From Cyanobacteria bacterium P01_D01_bin.156 (GTDB lineage Bacteria > Cyanobacteriota > Cyanobacteriia > Phormidesmidales > Phormidesmidaceae), in the NCBI GenBank assembly GCA_039024555.1, contig JBCCQQ010000060.1, positions 1-39,051 of the forward strand: DNA of 39,051 nucleotides, read 5' to 3'. This document shows, one piece after another, positions 1 to 8,771 of the stretch. Position 1 is the stretch's first letter. Each line of letters begins with the position of its first letter. The translations under genes and the position numbers were made by a program. The notes below the pieces were generated by a model. That model did no database searches. It was not told the DNA's origin and was given only the letters and a program-made list of their open reading frames with translations.

Positions 1-141
1 CTTGCTGAATGCCTCGGTGTTTCGGTCTATTACTATCAATCTACTCAGAATCAATGGTTTCGATTCACTTAAATCGGCCCTACGAGAACTCGCTAACCAG
101 ATTCCTCAGATTTTTAAGCTCCTACAATGAATCAGCCCTGG

Positions 142-158
142 GGTGGGCACTGCCCACC
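142..158 (+). repeat. REP palindrome, left flank of RAYT
   Basis: GGTGGGCA-C-TGCCCACC is a perfect 8-bp inverted repeat 65 bp upstream of the RAYT ORF; an identical copy in inverted orientation lies at 824-840. Confidence 0.88.
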
Positions 159-223
159 AACACTTTTGCTCCTTATGTTTGCATTGGGCATCCTAAACAT
201 GCAACACCGTCCTCACTACCCGT

Positions 224-799
224 ATGCCCAACTATCGTCGTGCCTACATTCCTGGTAGCACTATCTTTCTTACTTGGGTTACCCATCGACGTGCTCCACT
301 GTTCAAGGACTCTGACAATGTGACTCGTTTCCGCCAAGCGGTCAGGCAAACCAAAGCGGAAGCTCCTTTTGAAATTGTTGCTGCGGCCATATTGCCTGAC
401 CATATCCATTTCATCTGGACATTACCTGATGACGATAGCAATTACTCTAAACGAGTTGGACGGATCAAGGTTTTATTTACTCGGGCATTACGTGGGAAGG
501 GCGCTCAGTCCTTTGAGATTAGTGAATCTCGCTGGAAGCATCGCGAAAGTGATGTCTGGCAACGACGCTTTTGGGAACATACTATTCGTGCAGAGGAAGA
601 GCTGGCTCATTATCTTGATTATGTGCATTACAATCCGGTGAAGCATGGATGGGTGAGTTGTCCTCATCAGTGGCCGCATTCGAGCTTTCAAAAGTGGATA
701 AATGAGGGCCATTATCAACGGGATTGGGGTTGTCAGTGTAGCGAGAAAAAGATTGAAATAGGAGAGTTTTTGGAGGCGGAGAGATATTCTGGGGAATAG
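224..799 (+). mobile_element. REP-associated tyrosine transposase (RAYT / TnpA-REP, HUH Y1 family), apparently intact
   Basis: N-terminal MPNYRR..PG.TIF.T, HUH motif PDHIH, VWQRRFWEH.IR and catalytic Tyr motif YVHYNPVKHG; flanked by inverted REP palindromes. Confidence 0.93.
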
Positions 800-823
800 A
801 TGTTGTTGGTTGGCGTGAGTTTT

Positions 824-844
824 GGTGGGCAGTGCCCACCTTAC
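824..844 (-). repeat. REP palindrome, right flank of RAYT
   Basis: Minus strand reads GTAA-GGTGGGCACTGCCCACC: a GTAG-like tetranucleotide followed by the same palindrome as 142-158. Confidence 0.88.
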
Positions 845-1024
845 AGTTGAGATGCACCGCTAGAAAAAATTACAAACCGTAGCGGAGAAATTTGTTGTTG
901 CCAATGCTTACAATCCAGGAATTGCGCGGTGCCAGGTATCGAATTGACGAAATAACGGAAACACGTATGTAGAGACTGCTGTCAGAAAACTTTAACTGGA
1001 GCTGTATCGCCTATCTGTTACAGT

Positions 1025-2353
1025 TCACAAGCCTGGATGCGAGAGAAGCGATTTGTCGCCACCAATCCGCTGTATCAACAACAACCATCGCCGAAACAGG
1101 GAGCCATACCTAACCACCCTAGGGAGGTGCCCCTTAGGTCCATCTCCATCAAATTTTAAGTCTGAGTAGTCTAGCAAAGAGCTATTCATTCGCCACTCAA
1201 CCGTATCTCCAAATTTTATCCAAGCTTTTTCATGGAACTTCCCATCGGCCACACCACCACACTGGAGATAAATTTCTTTTTGTACGCTGAAACCATACTT
1301 GCCGTTGCTGTATTTTACCCACAGTCGATCGATGGTGAGCAAATCCTTATAGGGAAAATTCATCAGTGACTCGTTAGACCAATCCTGATTCAGGGCTTTA
1401 TTCATAACCGTATAGGTTTCTTGATCAGCCTCTTTCCACCTTTGATCCCTGAGCAAGTCCCGCAGTTTGCTGTAATCAATCCCTTTCTCTGAATCAAGGT
1501 CATCCATCGTAGCTAGCACTCGCTCGGCATCTGGATGGCCCAGTTGCTTCGTTTGGGTCAAATCGTCACTGGCCTGACGATAGTTACCTTGTTGCTGATG
1601 GTAGAGGCCACCTTGGTAAAACTCCTCAGCTTTTCTACGACGTTCTTCTGCTTCGCGCTGGCGTCGAGCTTCCTCCTCTCGTTGCTGGCGCTCTGCTTCC
1701 GCTGCTGCTTGCTCTTGTAGTTGTTGCTGATACTTCGCTTCAGCTGGTTTACGAATAGGCTTTTCAAGCTGCTGAATATCATCATCTTCCAGCTCTAGCT
1801 CTTGCTGCAGCGCCTTGAGCCGACTTGTTGACTGCTGACTTAACGGATAACCTGACTTAACTTCTGTAGTAAACGCCTTTGTATACTGCAGCTGCTTAAT
1901 TCTGTTATAAATCCCCTCAACGACACTGGTAAAAGCGTTATCAGCATCCGTCCATAGGCTAATAGGCTTGGCATCTTTCGGTAATGCCTGCAGCTGACCT
2001 AAACGCACACCATCGATCCGTGCGAGCTTCCACAGGCAACTGCCTAAAATCACGGGAATCACACAGGCATTCCCTAATTTATGGCGCTTAATCGCTTTAG
2101 GCGCTTCCACATCACAGCAATAATCAGAAGCAATAAAGTTTTTGCTAATGAGCAATAGGACAATTTCGCACTGTTCTAAATTCGCTTCAATCTGAGGCTC
2201 CCATTCCTGACCCGGATTAATGCAACCATCATGCCAGGTGCTCACCAAGCCACTGCGCTTTAGCGGCATCAAATGAGCCTCCAATTCCCGCCTATCGGCT
2301 TCATCTGCCCTGGCATAGGCCAAAAATATAGAAACCGGAGCACCCGTCATCAA
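1025..2353 (-). CDS. TIR domain + coiled coil/TPR + GUN4-like domain protein
   Basis: N-terminal TIR motifs (IFLAYARAD, WHDGCINPGQEW, SKNFIASDYCCDVE, VIPVIL, LQALPKD); charged coiled coil; one TPR-like unit; C-terminal GUN4 motifs (SEKGIDYSKLRDLL, WKEADQET, TIDRLWVKYSNGKYGFSVQKEIY, PKGHLP). Confidence 0.88.
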   Translation of the reverse strand: MMTGAPVSIFLAYARADEADRRELEAHLMPLKRSGLVSTWHDGCINPGQEWEPQIEANLEQCEIVLLLISKNFIASDYCCDVEAPKAIKRHKLGNACVIPVILGSCLWKLARIDGVRLGQLQALPKDAKPISLWTDADNAFTSVVEGIYNRIKQLQYTKAFTTEVKSGYPLSQQSTSRLKALQQELELEDDDIQQLEKPIRKPAEAKYQQQLQEQAAAEAERQQREEEARRQREAEERRRKAEEFYQGGLYHQQQGNYRQASDDLTQTKQLGHPDAERVLATMDDLDSEKGIDYSKLRDLLRDQRWKEADQETYTVMNKALNQDWSNESLMNFPYKDLLTIDRLWVKYSNGKYGFSVQKEIYLQCGGVADGKFHEKAWIKFGDTVEWRMNSSLLDYSDLKFDGDGPKGHLPRVVRYGSLFRRWLLLIQRIGGDKSLLSHPGL

Positions 2354-2471
2354 TCTAAGGCCCTAATGCTACTAACTTTGCCTTCAAGCATTATAAAGAC
2401 CCTTCCGGTAAAACCCCATCAGGCTTGATAGTGATTACGGTTTTGGTCAGTATTTTCTAAATCGTCCCTAA

Positions 2472-2870
2472 TCACTTGGGCTTGGTAACCAGAAAATCTC
2501 TTTTATCCTCTGAGGCCAAAAACCAGCTAACGGTATCTTCTGTTGTTTCCCTAGCAATGTAGAGATCAAACGGGCCAGATTGTTTTTTTTCTCGGCTAGT
2601 GAGTTGAATAATGGCCTGATAAGTGCCCTGAACATGGTAAACATCATTCTCTTCAGCTTCGCGCAGGGTCACCTCCACCTGACGCAGCTTGAAGTTGGGT
2701 AGCTGGGGTACTTTAGGCGCTAAGTGCGTCATCAACTCCTGCTGTGTCTGAGCTATTTTGAGCGCTAGCCCACGCTCTACGATTGCCTGAGGTGGAACCG
2801 GCCCAAACTGACTGCAGGCTTGCAGTAGGAACACTAGACTCAGCAAAAATAGCCAACGCAAACGACCCAT
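2472..2870 (-). CDS. Cyanobacterial hypothetical lipoprotein
   Basis: Signal peptide with lipobox LQAC; 132-aa ORF co-oriented directly downstream of the PCP-red gene. Confidence 0.7.
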   Translation of the reverse strand: MGRLRWLFLLSLVFLLQACSQFGPVPPQAIVERGLALKIAQTQQELMTHLAPKVPQLPNFKLRQVEVTLREAEENDVYHVQGTYQAIIQLTSREKKQSGPFDLYIARETTEDTVSWFLASEDKRDFLVTKPK

Positions 2871-2901
2871 CGTTATCCATCAAATGTGAACTACTGCCCA
2901 A

Positions 2902-3069
2902 TTATCCAAACTTTTTCTTCGCTTGTTCGTAAACTTCAACAGTAATTTCGGTTACCCCCGCTTCCTGGGCAAATTTTTCAATTTTCTTACGGGCAGCCGG
3001 ACGCACAAAAAATGGAATTTCCTTCAAACGGGTTTTGGCTTCAGCAGTCCATTCGATAGCATTGCTCAT
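2902..3069 (-). CDS. Small PCP_red-family (protochlorophyllide reductase ChlB C-terminal-like) protein
   Basis: WTAEAKTRLKEIPFFVRPAARKKIEKFA...ITVE.YEQAK matches the family pattern; start placed at ATG 3069 (MSNAIEW) rather than 3126. Confidence 0.85.
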   Translation of the reverse strand: MSNAIEWTAEAKTRLKEIPFFVRPAARKKIEKFAQEAGVTEITVEVYEQAKKKFG

Positions 3070-3179
3070 GGAGGCTCTATATCTGTACGGCTCTTTTACT
3101 TTACAGCCAAAAAAATGCCGCTGCACGCACCTTTTTAGCTGAGTTTCGTCCCTTTCGATAGTATCGCTGCTTATTCTCT

Positions 3180-4862
3180 ATGACTGATTACCACACGCTT
3201 ATCCAAGGTGACCTGTTTGACATTATGGAGAGTGAGGTTGGCAGTCCGTTTTATGAAACGATGCAGATACTGCACGATGAGGAGCATGAAACCAATAGCC
3301 CTGATCGGTTACCCTTTTTCCAAGACCTATTAAAAAATGAAGCTCGCACGGCTGAGCTGGATCGTAGCGTCCTGGCTCCGTGGCTGCTGGTCTACATTTG
3401 GCAAAAGACTGAACTGCCCAACTACACCCGCGAGGCATGGCGAACACTAATACGGCTAGATAATGAAGATGAGCTAATCATTGAGGCGGCCATCGACATT
3501 TTGCAACATCATCCCCACGGTGCGCTGCGGGCAGAGGTACTGCAGTGGGACGATAGCTGGCGACCCCACTGGGAAGATGAAGTCGTTATTGCTCTATCCA
3601 GCCAATTAGCGTTTGAAGATCCCCATCCTGAAGTGCGCATCAATGCGATTCAACATTATCGAATAGATGGCACCAGCAGGGATGATGACCGTTGGGGACA
3701 GCGTATGTTGGATGCAATGCAGAATGATCTTGCACCCGAGGTTAGAGCAGCTATTGTTCGAGAGCTTTCTTTTACGAGTCGTGATGTGGTTGGGGGGCAG
3801 TTGCTTCTTGAAACAGTAAAAGATGCGCTCATCCATGAACAGGATGGATTCGTTGCATGTAAACTGTTGTCGCTGTTAGTTAGCAAAGGAAGGTTTAAGT
3901 TTCAGCTGGAGACGGCAGTAACTGTTATGAATTACCTGAAGTCTGCTCAGGAGAAACGGTTTCCCCGGCAACGGCAGTCTATTCTAAATCGGTTGCGTAA
4001 CTATCATGCTAACTGGCTAGAAATCGCTCCCTTTGAAAACATTAACGAGTTTCAGGATTATCTGATCGCTCACTTCAAACCAGGCACAACCTCGCTAGAG
4101 GAGCGGGTGGTTAATTATCGCACTCTGATGCAAACGCTTCGACCGCCTGTGCCCACTTTAGAAGATTTAGTGGATTTGTTTTTTGATCCACACCATACAA
4201 CAGACACCATTGGTCTCTTGGTTGACGATCTGGGGGATGTTGGGTTTAAGGCATTATTTGCAAGCTCAACTAGTCTCGTCCCCTTAGCCCAAACCCGAGT
4301 AGAGCTGATGGGCAGAATGATATCCCATCTAAAGACAACAGATGCCGATGGCAATTTGTTAGCTGGTGTGGAACCCATGAAAAACCTGCTGAGCTATGGC
4401 ATTAAGGTTGCCATGAAAGGTTCACCGGACGCCGATGCGCTGTGGTCGTTGATTTATACAACAATTGCAGAAGGACCGGAAGATTGGACCTGGGCATTGA
4501 GCGAACTTAAGTGGCGTGCAGGACAGTTTGAGTTAGCACCATTGGTAGCATTAGTAGGCACAGCTAGCAATGCATCTGCGGCACGGGGAGCAACAGAATT
4601 GTTGATGGCGCTATTTGGACGAGAGCCCGGCGGAGAAAGAGCTGCAGCCGTTGCACAGGCATGGACCTTATTTGCAGAACGAACAGACCTCTGGGACCAC
4701 CTTGTTTACGATGTGGCCTATCGCATGCCCGAGCGAGCGGCCTTTGCGAATTATCCTCAAGCCCTAGGGCAAATCGAGCAAGCGATGAGGGTAGCCCAAA
4801 CAAAGTTTGGCCCTAATGACTCTTCCTACTCGACGATTGATGCTTGGTTAGCCACACAGTAG
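3180..4862 (+). CDS. Hypothetical alpha-helical HEAT-like repeat protein (560 aa)
   Basis: Long ORF with HEAT-like units (HHPHGALRAEVL, EDPHPEVRINAI, NDLAPEVRAAIV, HEQDGFVACKLL); no catalytic motif recognised. Confidence 0.65.
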   Translation: MTDYHTLIQGDLFDIMESEVGSPFYETMQILHDEEHETNSPDRLPFFQDLLKNEARTAELDRSVLAPWLLVYIWQKTELPNYTREAWRTLIRLDNEDELIIEAAIDILQHHPHGALRAEVLQWDDSWRPHWEDEVVIALSSQLAFEDPHPEVRINAIQHYRIDGTSRDDDRWGQRMLDAMQNDLAPEVRAAIVRELSFTSRDVVGGQLLLETVKDALIHEQDGFVACKLLSLLVSKGRFKFQLETAVTVMNYLKSAQEKRFPRQRQSILNRLRNYHANWLEIAPFENINEFQDYLIAHFKPGTTSLEERVVNYRTLMQTLRPPVPTLEDLVDLFFDPHHTTDTIGLLVDDLGDVGFKALFASSTSLVPLAQTRVELMGRMISHLKTTDADGNLLAGVEPMKNLLSYGIKVAMKGSPDADALWSLIYTTIAEGPEDWTWALSELKWRAGQFELAPLVALVGTASNASAARGATELLMALFGREPGGERAAAVAQAWTLFAERTDLWDHLVYDVAYRMPERAAFANYPQALGQIEQAMRVAQTKFGPNDSSYSTIDAWLATQ

Positions 4863-5238
4863 CTTGTGAACGAATGGCAAGGAAGCTCCAAAGGACTTGT
4901 ATGGTATTTCTACGTAGAAGTGTGATGTACCGAACTGACTCAGCAAATGCTTCCCAACTCATATGAGAAAGCACCCTAATCATTCCGTGAGATTACCCTT
5001 TTCATCTCAATAATAAGCAAAAGAAAAATAGAACGCTAACAACCGCAGGAGTTATTAAAGATATCTTTTTATCAAATCGCCAACATAAATACTTATCACC
5101 GAAAACTCTTCACACTTAATTCTTACAAGGTTAGGTATTAAAACGGAGAGCCCATTTGGGTATTCTTATCTAGAATAAGAACAGAAGTCAATCGCATCTT
5201 TTGACTTATATAAATTGTTCTTGTGCTGTGCATCAATT

Positions 5239-5643
5239 ATGAATACTCAATCGTCTGGAACTAAAGTAGCCGTCAGGGAACAGACATCGGTTTCTTCTAC
5301 TAACTCGATGCATATTGACGGTTACTTACAACGTGCTCAAAAATTTGCAGATATGCAAAAGTATGCACGAGCAATTTTTGAATTACGACAGGCTATTAAG
5401 GAATATCCTAATAATCCCGTTTGCCACAGCACGATATCTGTTCTTTATTGGCAAACAAACCAAAAGACAATGGCAGGAGTTCATGCAAAACGAACGCTGG
5501 CACTGGACCCTAGTAATCAGCTGGCAACAAAAATACAACAGAAATTGACCAAGCAGAAGGCAAAACCTGCCAAAGGTCGATCCACTCAGACTTCTCCCCA
5601 AAAGAATGGTATTTTTGGATTGCTTTCAACAAAAATGTTTTAA
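5239..5643 (+). CDS. Small TPR protein
   Basis: Two TPR-like units (YARAIFELRQAIKEYPNNPVCH, MAGVHAKRTLALDPSN) and a basic tail ending GIFGLL; resembles the C-terminus of cyanobacterial DnaJ-TPR proteins. Start placed at ATG 5239. Confidence 0.75.
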   Translation: MNTQSSGTKVAVREQTSVSSTNSMHIDGYLQRAQKFADMQKYARAIFELRQAIKEYPNNPVCHSTISVLYWQTNQKTMAGVHAKRTLALDPSNQLATKIQQKLTKQKAKPAKGRSTQTSPQKNGIFGLLSTKMF

Positions 5644-5663
5644 TTAACAACCAACCAATAGTA

Positions 5664-8171
5664 TCAATCAGTCTCACTAAAACGAATATCAGATATGCTC
5701 AAGGAAAATGAACCTTCAGTTCGCAATCCTAGGGCCGTCAGACTGGACATATTGGCACCAGCATCAACTAAGCTGCTTAGACCAATTTCTGTCTGAGTCC
5801 ACTCGCCTAAGGGGGCTTCTGTAAATATCTGGGTCATATCTAACTCCGCTTGGCAATTATCTCCGCACTGAACAAACAGTGTGACAGGATTTTTAGGGGT
5901 AGAGTCTACTCGATATTGAATTGCTAAAGTTCCATAGTGCGCTGCTGCAGTATAGTCCGTAGCGGGTCCTGTAAGTACGATAGATGCCACACCCTTCCCA
6001 CTCCACACAAATTGTTGGGCATCTTCTTGGGCTGCTCGATCGATCGACCGAATCGCTAGTGCTTGACCCAGTTGCGATCGCGCATCTACTACTGTACTGG
6101 TAGTGTCTCCTGCAGTAGCCTGGAGATTCCAAGGGGCAATCGGTTTACCATAGGCAAAAAATGCATTATTCGTGATAGTTTCATTACCGTCTAACCCAGA
6201 TATCTCAGAGAGTTCAGCAACATTGCCGCTATCTGCATAGGTGAGACCATAGCCATAGGGAAACAATGGATCGTAGTTGTTGTCACCCCGATTAATTTTG
6301 GCTTGGATAGCTGTTCGAGGCCAGGAAAAGGAGAGTTTTCCTCGAAAATCAAAGTTAATTTCTCCGTTGGGTTTGCGAAGCAGTACATCTGCTATTCCCT
6401 CCCCAGCACTGCCGGGTAGCCAGGCTGCCACAAATGCATCTGCCGCATTAAGCTCTGGGTTAACCCACAGGGGGCGACCGGACAGAAATACGGCTACGGT
6501 GGGAATACTTTTTGCCTGAAATGATTGAAGTAATTGCAACTCTTGGTCTGATGGGTAATCAAGATGTTCAGTATCTCCTCTGAACTCGGCGTAGGGATTT
6601 TCGCCAAATACCACAATGGCCACATCGGGTGTTTGGGTATAGCTACCATCTTCACTTAAGACTGCTGTGCCGCCACCTGCTTCAATAGCCTCGCTTAAAC
6701 CCTGCCAAATAGAGCTGCCGTTGGGAAAATGTTCATTCGTGTTACCAGTGCCCTGCCAAGAAAGGGTCCAGCCGCCACTTTGTTTGCCAATATCGTTGGC
6801 CCCATCGCCAGTGACTAAGATCGTTTGGTCTGTAGCCAGTGGTAAAAGAGTTTTCTGGTTTTTTAGAAGTACTAACGATTCGCGAACGGCCTGACGAGCT
6901 ACCGCCTGATGATTGGGATGACCGAGTAGCGCATAATTTCCTGCTAGGGGACGTTCAGAAGGTTTTGGCTTTTCAAACAATCCTAACCGTTGCTTGACGC
7001 GCAAGATGCGACGAACTGCGTCTTCTAACCGGCTGCGAGAAATTTCACCTGTTCTGACCTGATCTAACGTATTTTTGTACAATTCACGCCAGCTATCAGG
7101 GGCCATAAACATATCAATTCCTGCATTAAACGCGGTTGGACAGCTCTTTGTAGTACAACCTGGGACTTGACCATGGCCGTTCCAGTCTCCTACAACAAAC
7201 CCATTGAAGCCCATGCGTTGTTTTAGCACATCGGTGAGGAGTTCTTTATGGCCATGCATTCTAGTGCCGTGCCAGGACGAGAATGAAGCCATGACGGTTT
7301 GCACGCCGGCTTCTATCGCTGGGGGATAGCCTGCCCCGTGATAGTCCCGCAGGTCAGCTTCGCTATCGATATTGTCTCCTTGGTCTTTACCTCGCTGGGT
7401 CCCACCATCACCTAAAAAATGCTTAGCGGTAGCAATCACATGTGGATTACTCAAAAAATCGTTGGTCCCGAGTTCTCCCTGCAGGCCGTTAACAATGGCG
7501 GTCGCATACTCTTTAACAATATCTGGATCTTCCGAATAGCTCTCGTAGGTGCGACCCCAGCGATTATCTCGTACCACTGCCAGGGTGGGGGCGAAGGTCC
7601 AATCCATACCGGTAACAGTGACTTCTCGGGCGGTGATTTCACCAATTTGGTGTATCAACTCAGGATTTCGGGTGGCTCCTAGGCCAATATTGTGGGGAAA
7701 TATGGTTGCGCCTACGATATTGCTATGGCCGTGGACTGCATCGGTCCCCCACAGAATAGGAATGGCTGTGTGGCCTTGGGTGGTATCTATGGAGGCTAGG
7801 TAAAACTCGTCCGCCAGGGCCAACCACTTATCCGCTGATGCCCGGACATCATTGTCAGGAGCAGAGTTGCCACCATTGAGAATAGAGCCTAGACGATAGC
7901 GACGAACCTCTTCAGGGGTGGCGTTGCTAATGTCTGCTTGGATGGTCTGGCCCACCATTTCTTCGAGGGTCATGGTGGCCATGAGTTCATCAATGTGAGC
8001 TTCCATCTCAGCATCTACGGTGGCTCCCCCCGTGGTTGTGGGCCAGTTAGCCGGATCAATCTTGGGGATGTTGCTCTGGCCCCTAACTTGGGTGGCTGTG
8101 TAGCCTGCATAGGCGGCTAAACCACCCAGGATCAGTAGGATAAGTAAATTACTAAGCATGTTGATTTTCAT
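5664..8171 (-). CDS. Exported/anchored glycoside hydrolase family 3 exo-beta-glucosidase with C-terminal accessory beta-sandwich domain
   Basis: GH3 motifs GTDAVHGH, FPHNIGLGA, RWGRTYESYSEDP, AKHFLGDGGT, VVGDWNGH (nucleophile Asp), GIDMFM, GENPYAE, AAWLPGS, PLFPYGYGL; hydrophobic N-terminus (start may be 8159). Confidence 0.93.
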   Translation of the reverse strand: MKINMLSNLLILLILGGLAAYAGYTATQVRGQSNIPKIDPANWPTTTGGATVDAEMEAHIDELMATMTLEEMVGQTIQADISNATPEEVRRYRLGSILNGGNSAPDNDVRASADKWLALADEFYLASIDTTQGHTAIPILWGTDAVHGHSNIVGATIFPHNIGLGATRNPELIHQIGEITAREVTVTGMDWTFAPTLAVVRDNRWGRTYESYSEDPDIVKEYATAIVNGLQGELGTNDFLSNPHVIATAKHFLGDGGTQRGKDQGDNIDSEADLRDYHGAGYPPAIEAGVQTVMASFSSWHGTRMHGHKELLTDVLKQRMGFNGFVVGDWNGHGQVPGCTTKSCPTAFNAGIDMFMAPDSWRELYKNTLDQVRTGEISRSRLEDAVRRILRVKQRLGLFEKPKPSERPLAGNYALLGHPNHQAVARQAVRESLVLLKNQKTLLPLATDQTILVTGDGANDIGKQSGGWTLSWQGTGNTNEHFPNGSSIWQGLSEAIEAGGGTAVLSEDGSYTQTPDVAIVVFGENPYAEFRGDTEHLDYPSDQELQLLQSFQAKSIPTVAVFLSGRPLWVNPELNAADAFVAAWLPGSAGEGIADVLLRKPNGEINFDFRGKLSFSWPRTAIQAKINRGDNNYDPLFPYGYGLTYADSGNVAELSEISGLDGNETITNNAFFAYGKPIAPWNLQATAGDTTSTVVDARSQLGQALAIRSIDRAAQEDAQQFVWSGKGVASIVLTGPATDYTAAAHYGTLAIQYRVDSTPKNPVTLFVQCGDNCQAELDMTQIFTEAPLGEWTQTEIGLSSLVDAGANMSSLTALGLRTEGSFSLSISDIRFSETD

Positions 8172-8243
8172 ACTTTTCAGGGGCTTCTCAGGATGGGCTC
8201 AGGTGGGATGTTTAGGCTACATCAGGTCCTTACGCCCCGAACG

Positions 8244-8768
8244 ATGTCTCTATTATCCCGTGCTGTACCATTTGCGATCGCTGGTCTGCTCACGATTTCT
8301 ATCCCGGCGGTCACAACTCAGACCCAGGCTCAGACACGCCTGCAGCCGATGAATTTAAATCGCCTGGATCAAATTCTACGGACAGAAGTTAGGGATGTGG
8401 AGGGGGAAAATGGTCAGTGGCAGTTCAGGATTGGTGAGCGCTCCGTAGTGGTATTGGCCGATGCCCGTAGCGATCGCATGCGGGTTTTTAGTCCAGTTGT
8501 GTCCGTAGAAGACCTTACTGCCCAGCAGGTGCAGGCCATGCTCGCCGCAAACTTTCATACCGCCCTAGATGCTCGCTATGCTGTTACCGAAGGTACCGTC
8601 GTTGCTGTCTATGTGCATCCCCTCAGTACGCTACAGGGTAACAACTTTCGCTCGGCTCTTCGACAGGTGGTGAGTTTAGCAGAAACCTTTGGATCTTCCT
8701 ACACTAGCAGTGAGCTCAATTTTGGTGTGCCACAGCGCCGACGTCCTGGCAGCATCGAAGAGATTTAA
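8244..8768 (+). CDS. Secreted hypothetical protein, YbjN/type III chaperone-like fold (tentative)
   Basis: Signal peptide, then GQWQF...RMRVFSPV...MLAANFHTALDARYAV; converges on rtcB with a 3-bp gap. Start placed at ATG 8244. Confidence 0.6.
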   Translation: MSLLSRAVPFAIAGLLTISIPAVTTQTQAQTRLQPMNLNRLDQILRTEVRDVEGENGQWQFRIGERSVVVLADARSDRMRVFSPVVSVEDLTAQQVQAMLAANFHTALDARYAVTEGTVVAVYVHPLSTLQGNNFRSALRQVVSLAETFGSSYTSSELNFGVPQRRRPGSIEEI

Positions 8769-8771
8769 ACC

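Noticed and set aside
1..72. Possible 3' end of an upstream CDS (LAECLGVSVYYYQSTQNQWFRFT*)
   Set aside because: Too short to identify or support.
845..1024. Minus-strand stretch ending PGL* like the TIR-GUN4 C-terminus, considered as a DGR template or alternative C-terminal cassette
   Set aside because: Similarity is limited to three residues, there is no DNA-level repeat and no reverse transcriptase in the window.
4899..4931. GTA...TAC motifs resembling an NtcA box
   Set aside because: Spacings are 9 and 11 nt, not the GTA-N8-TAC consensus.
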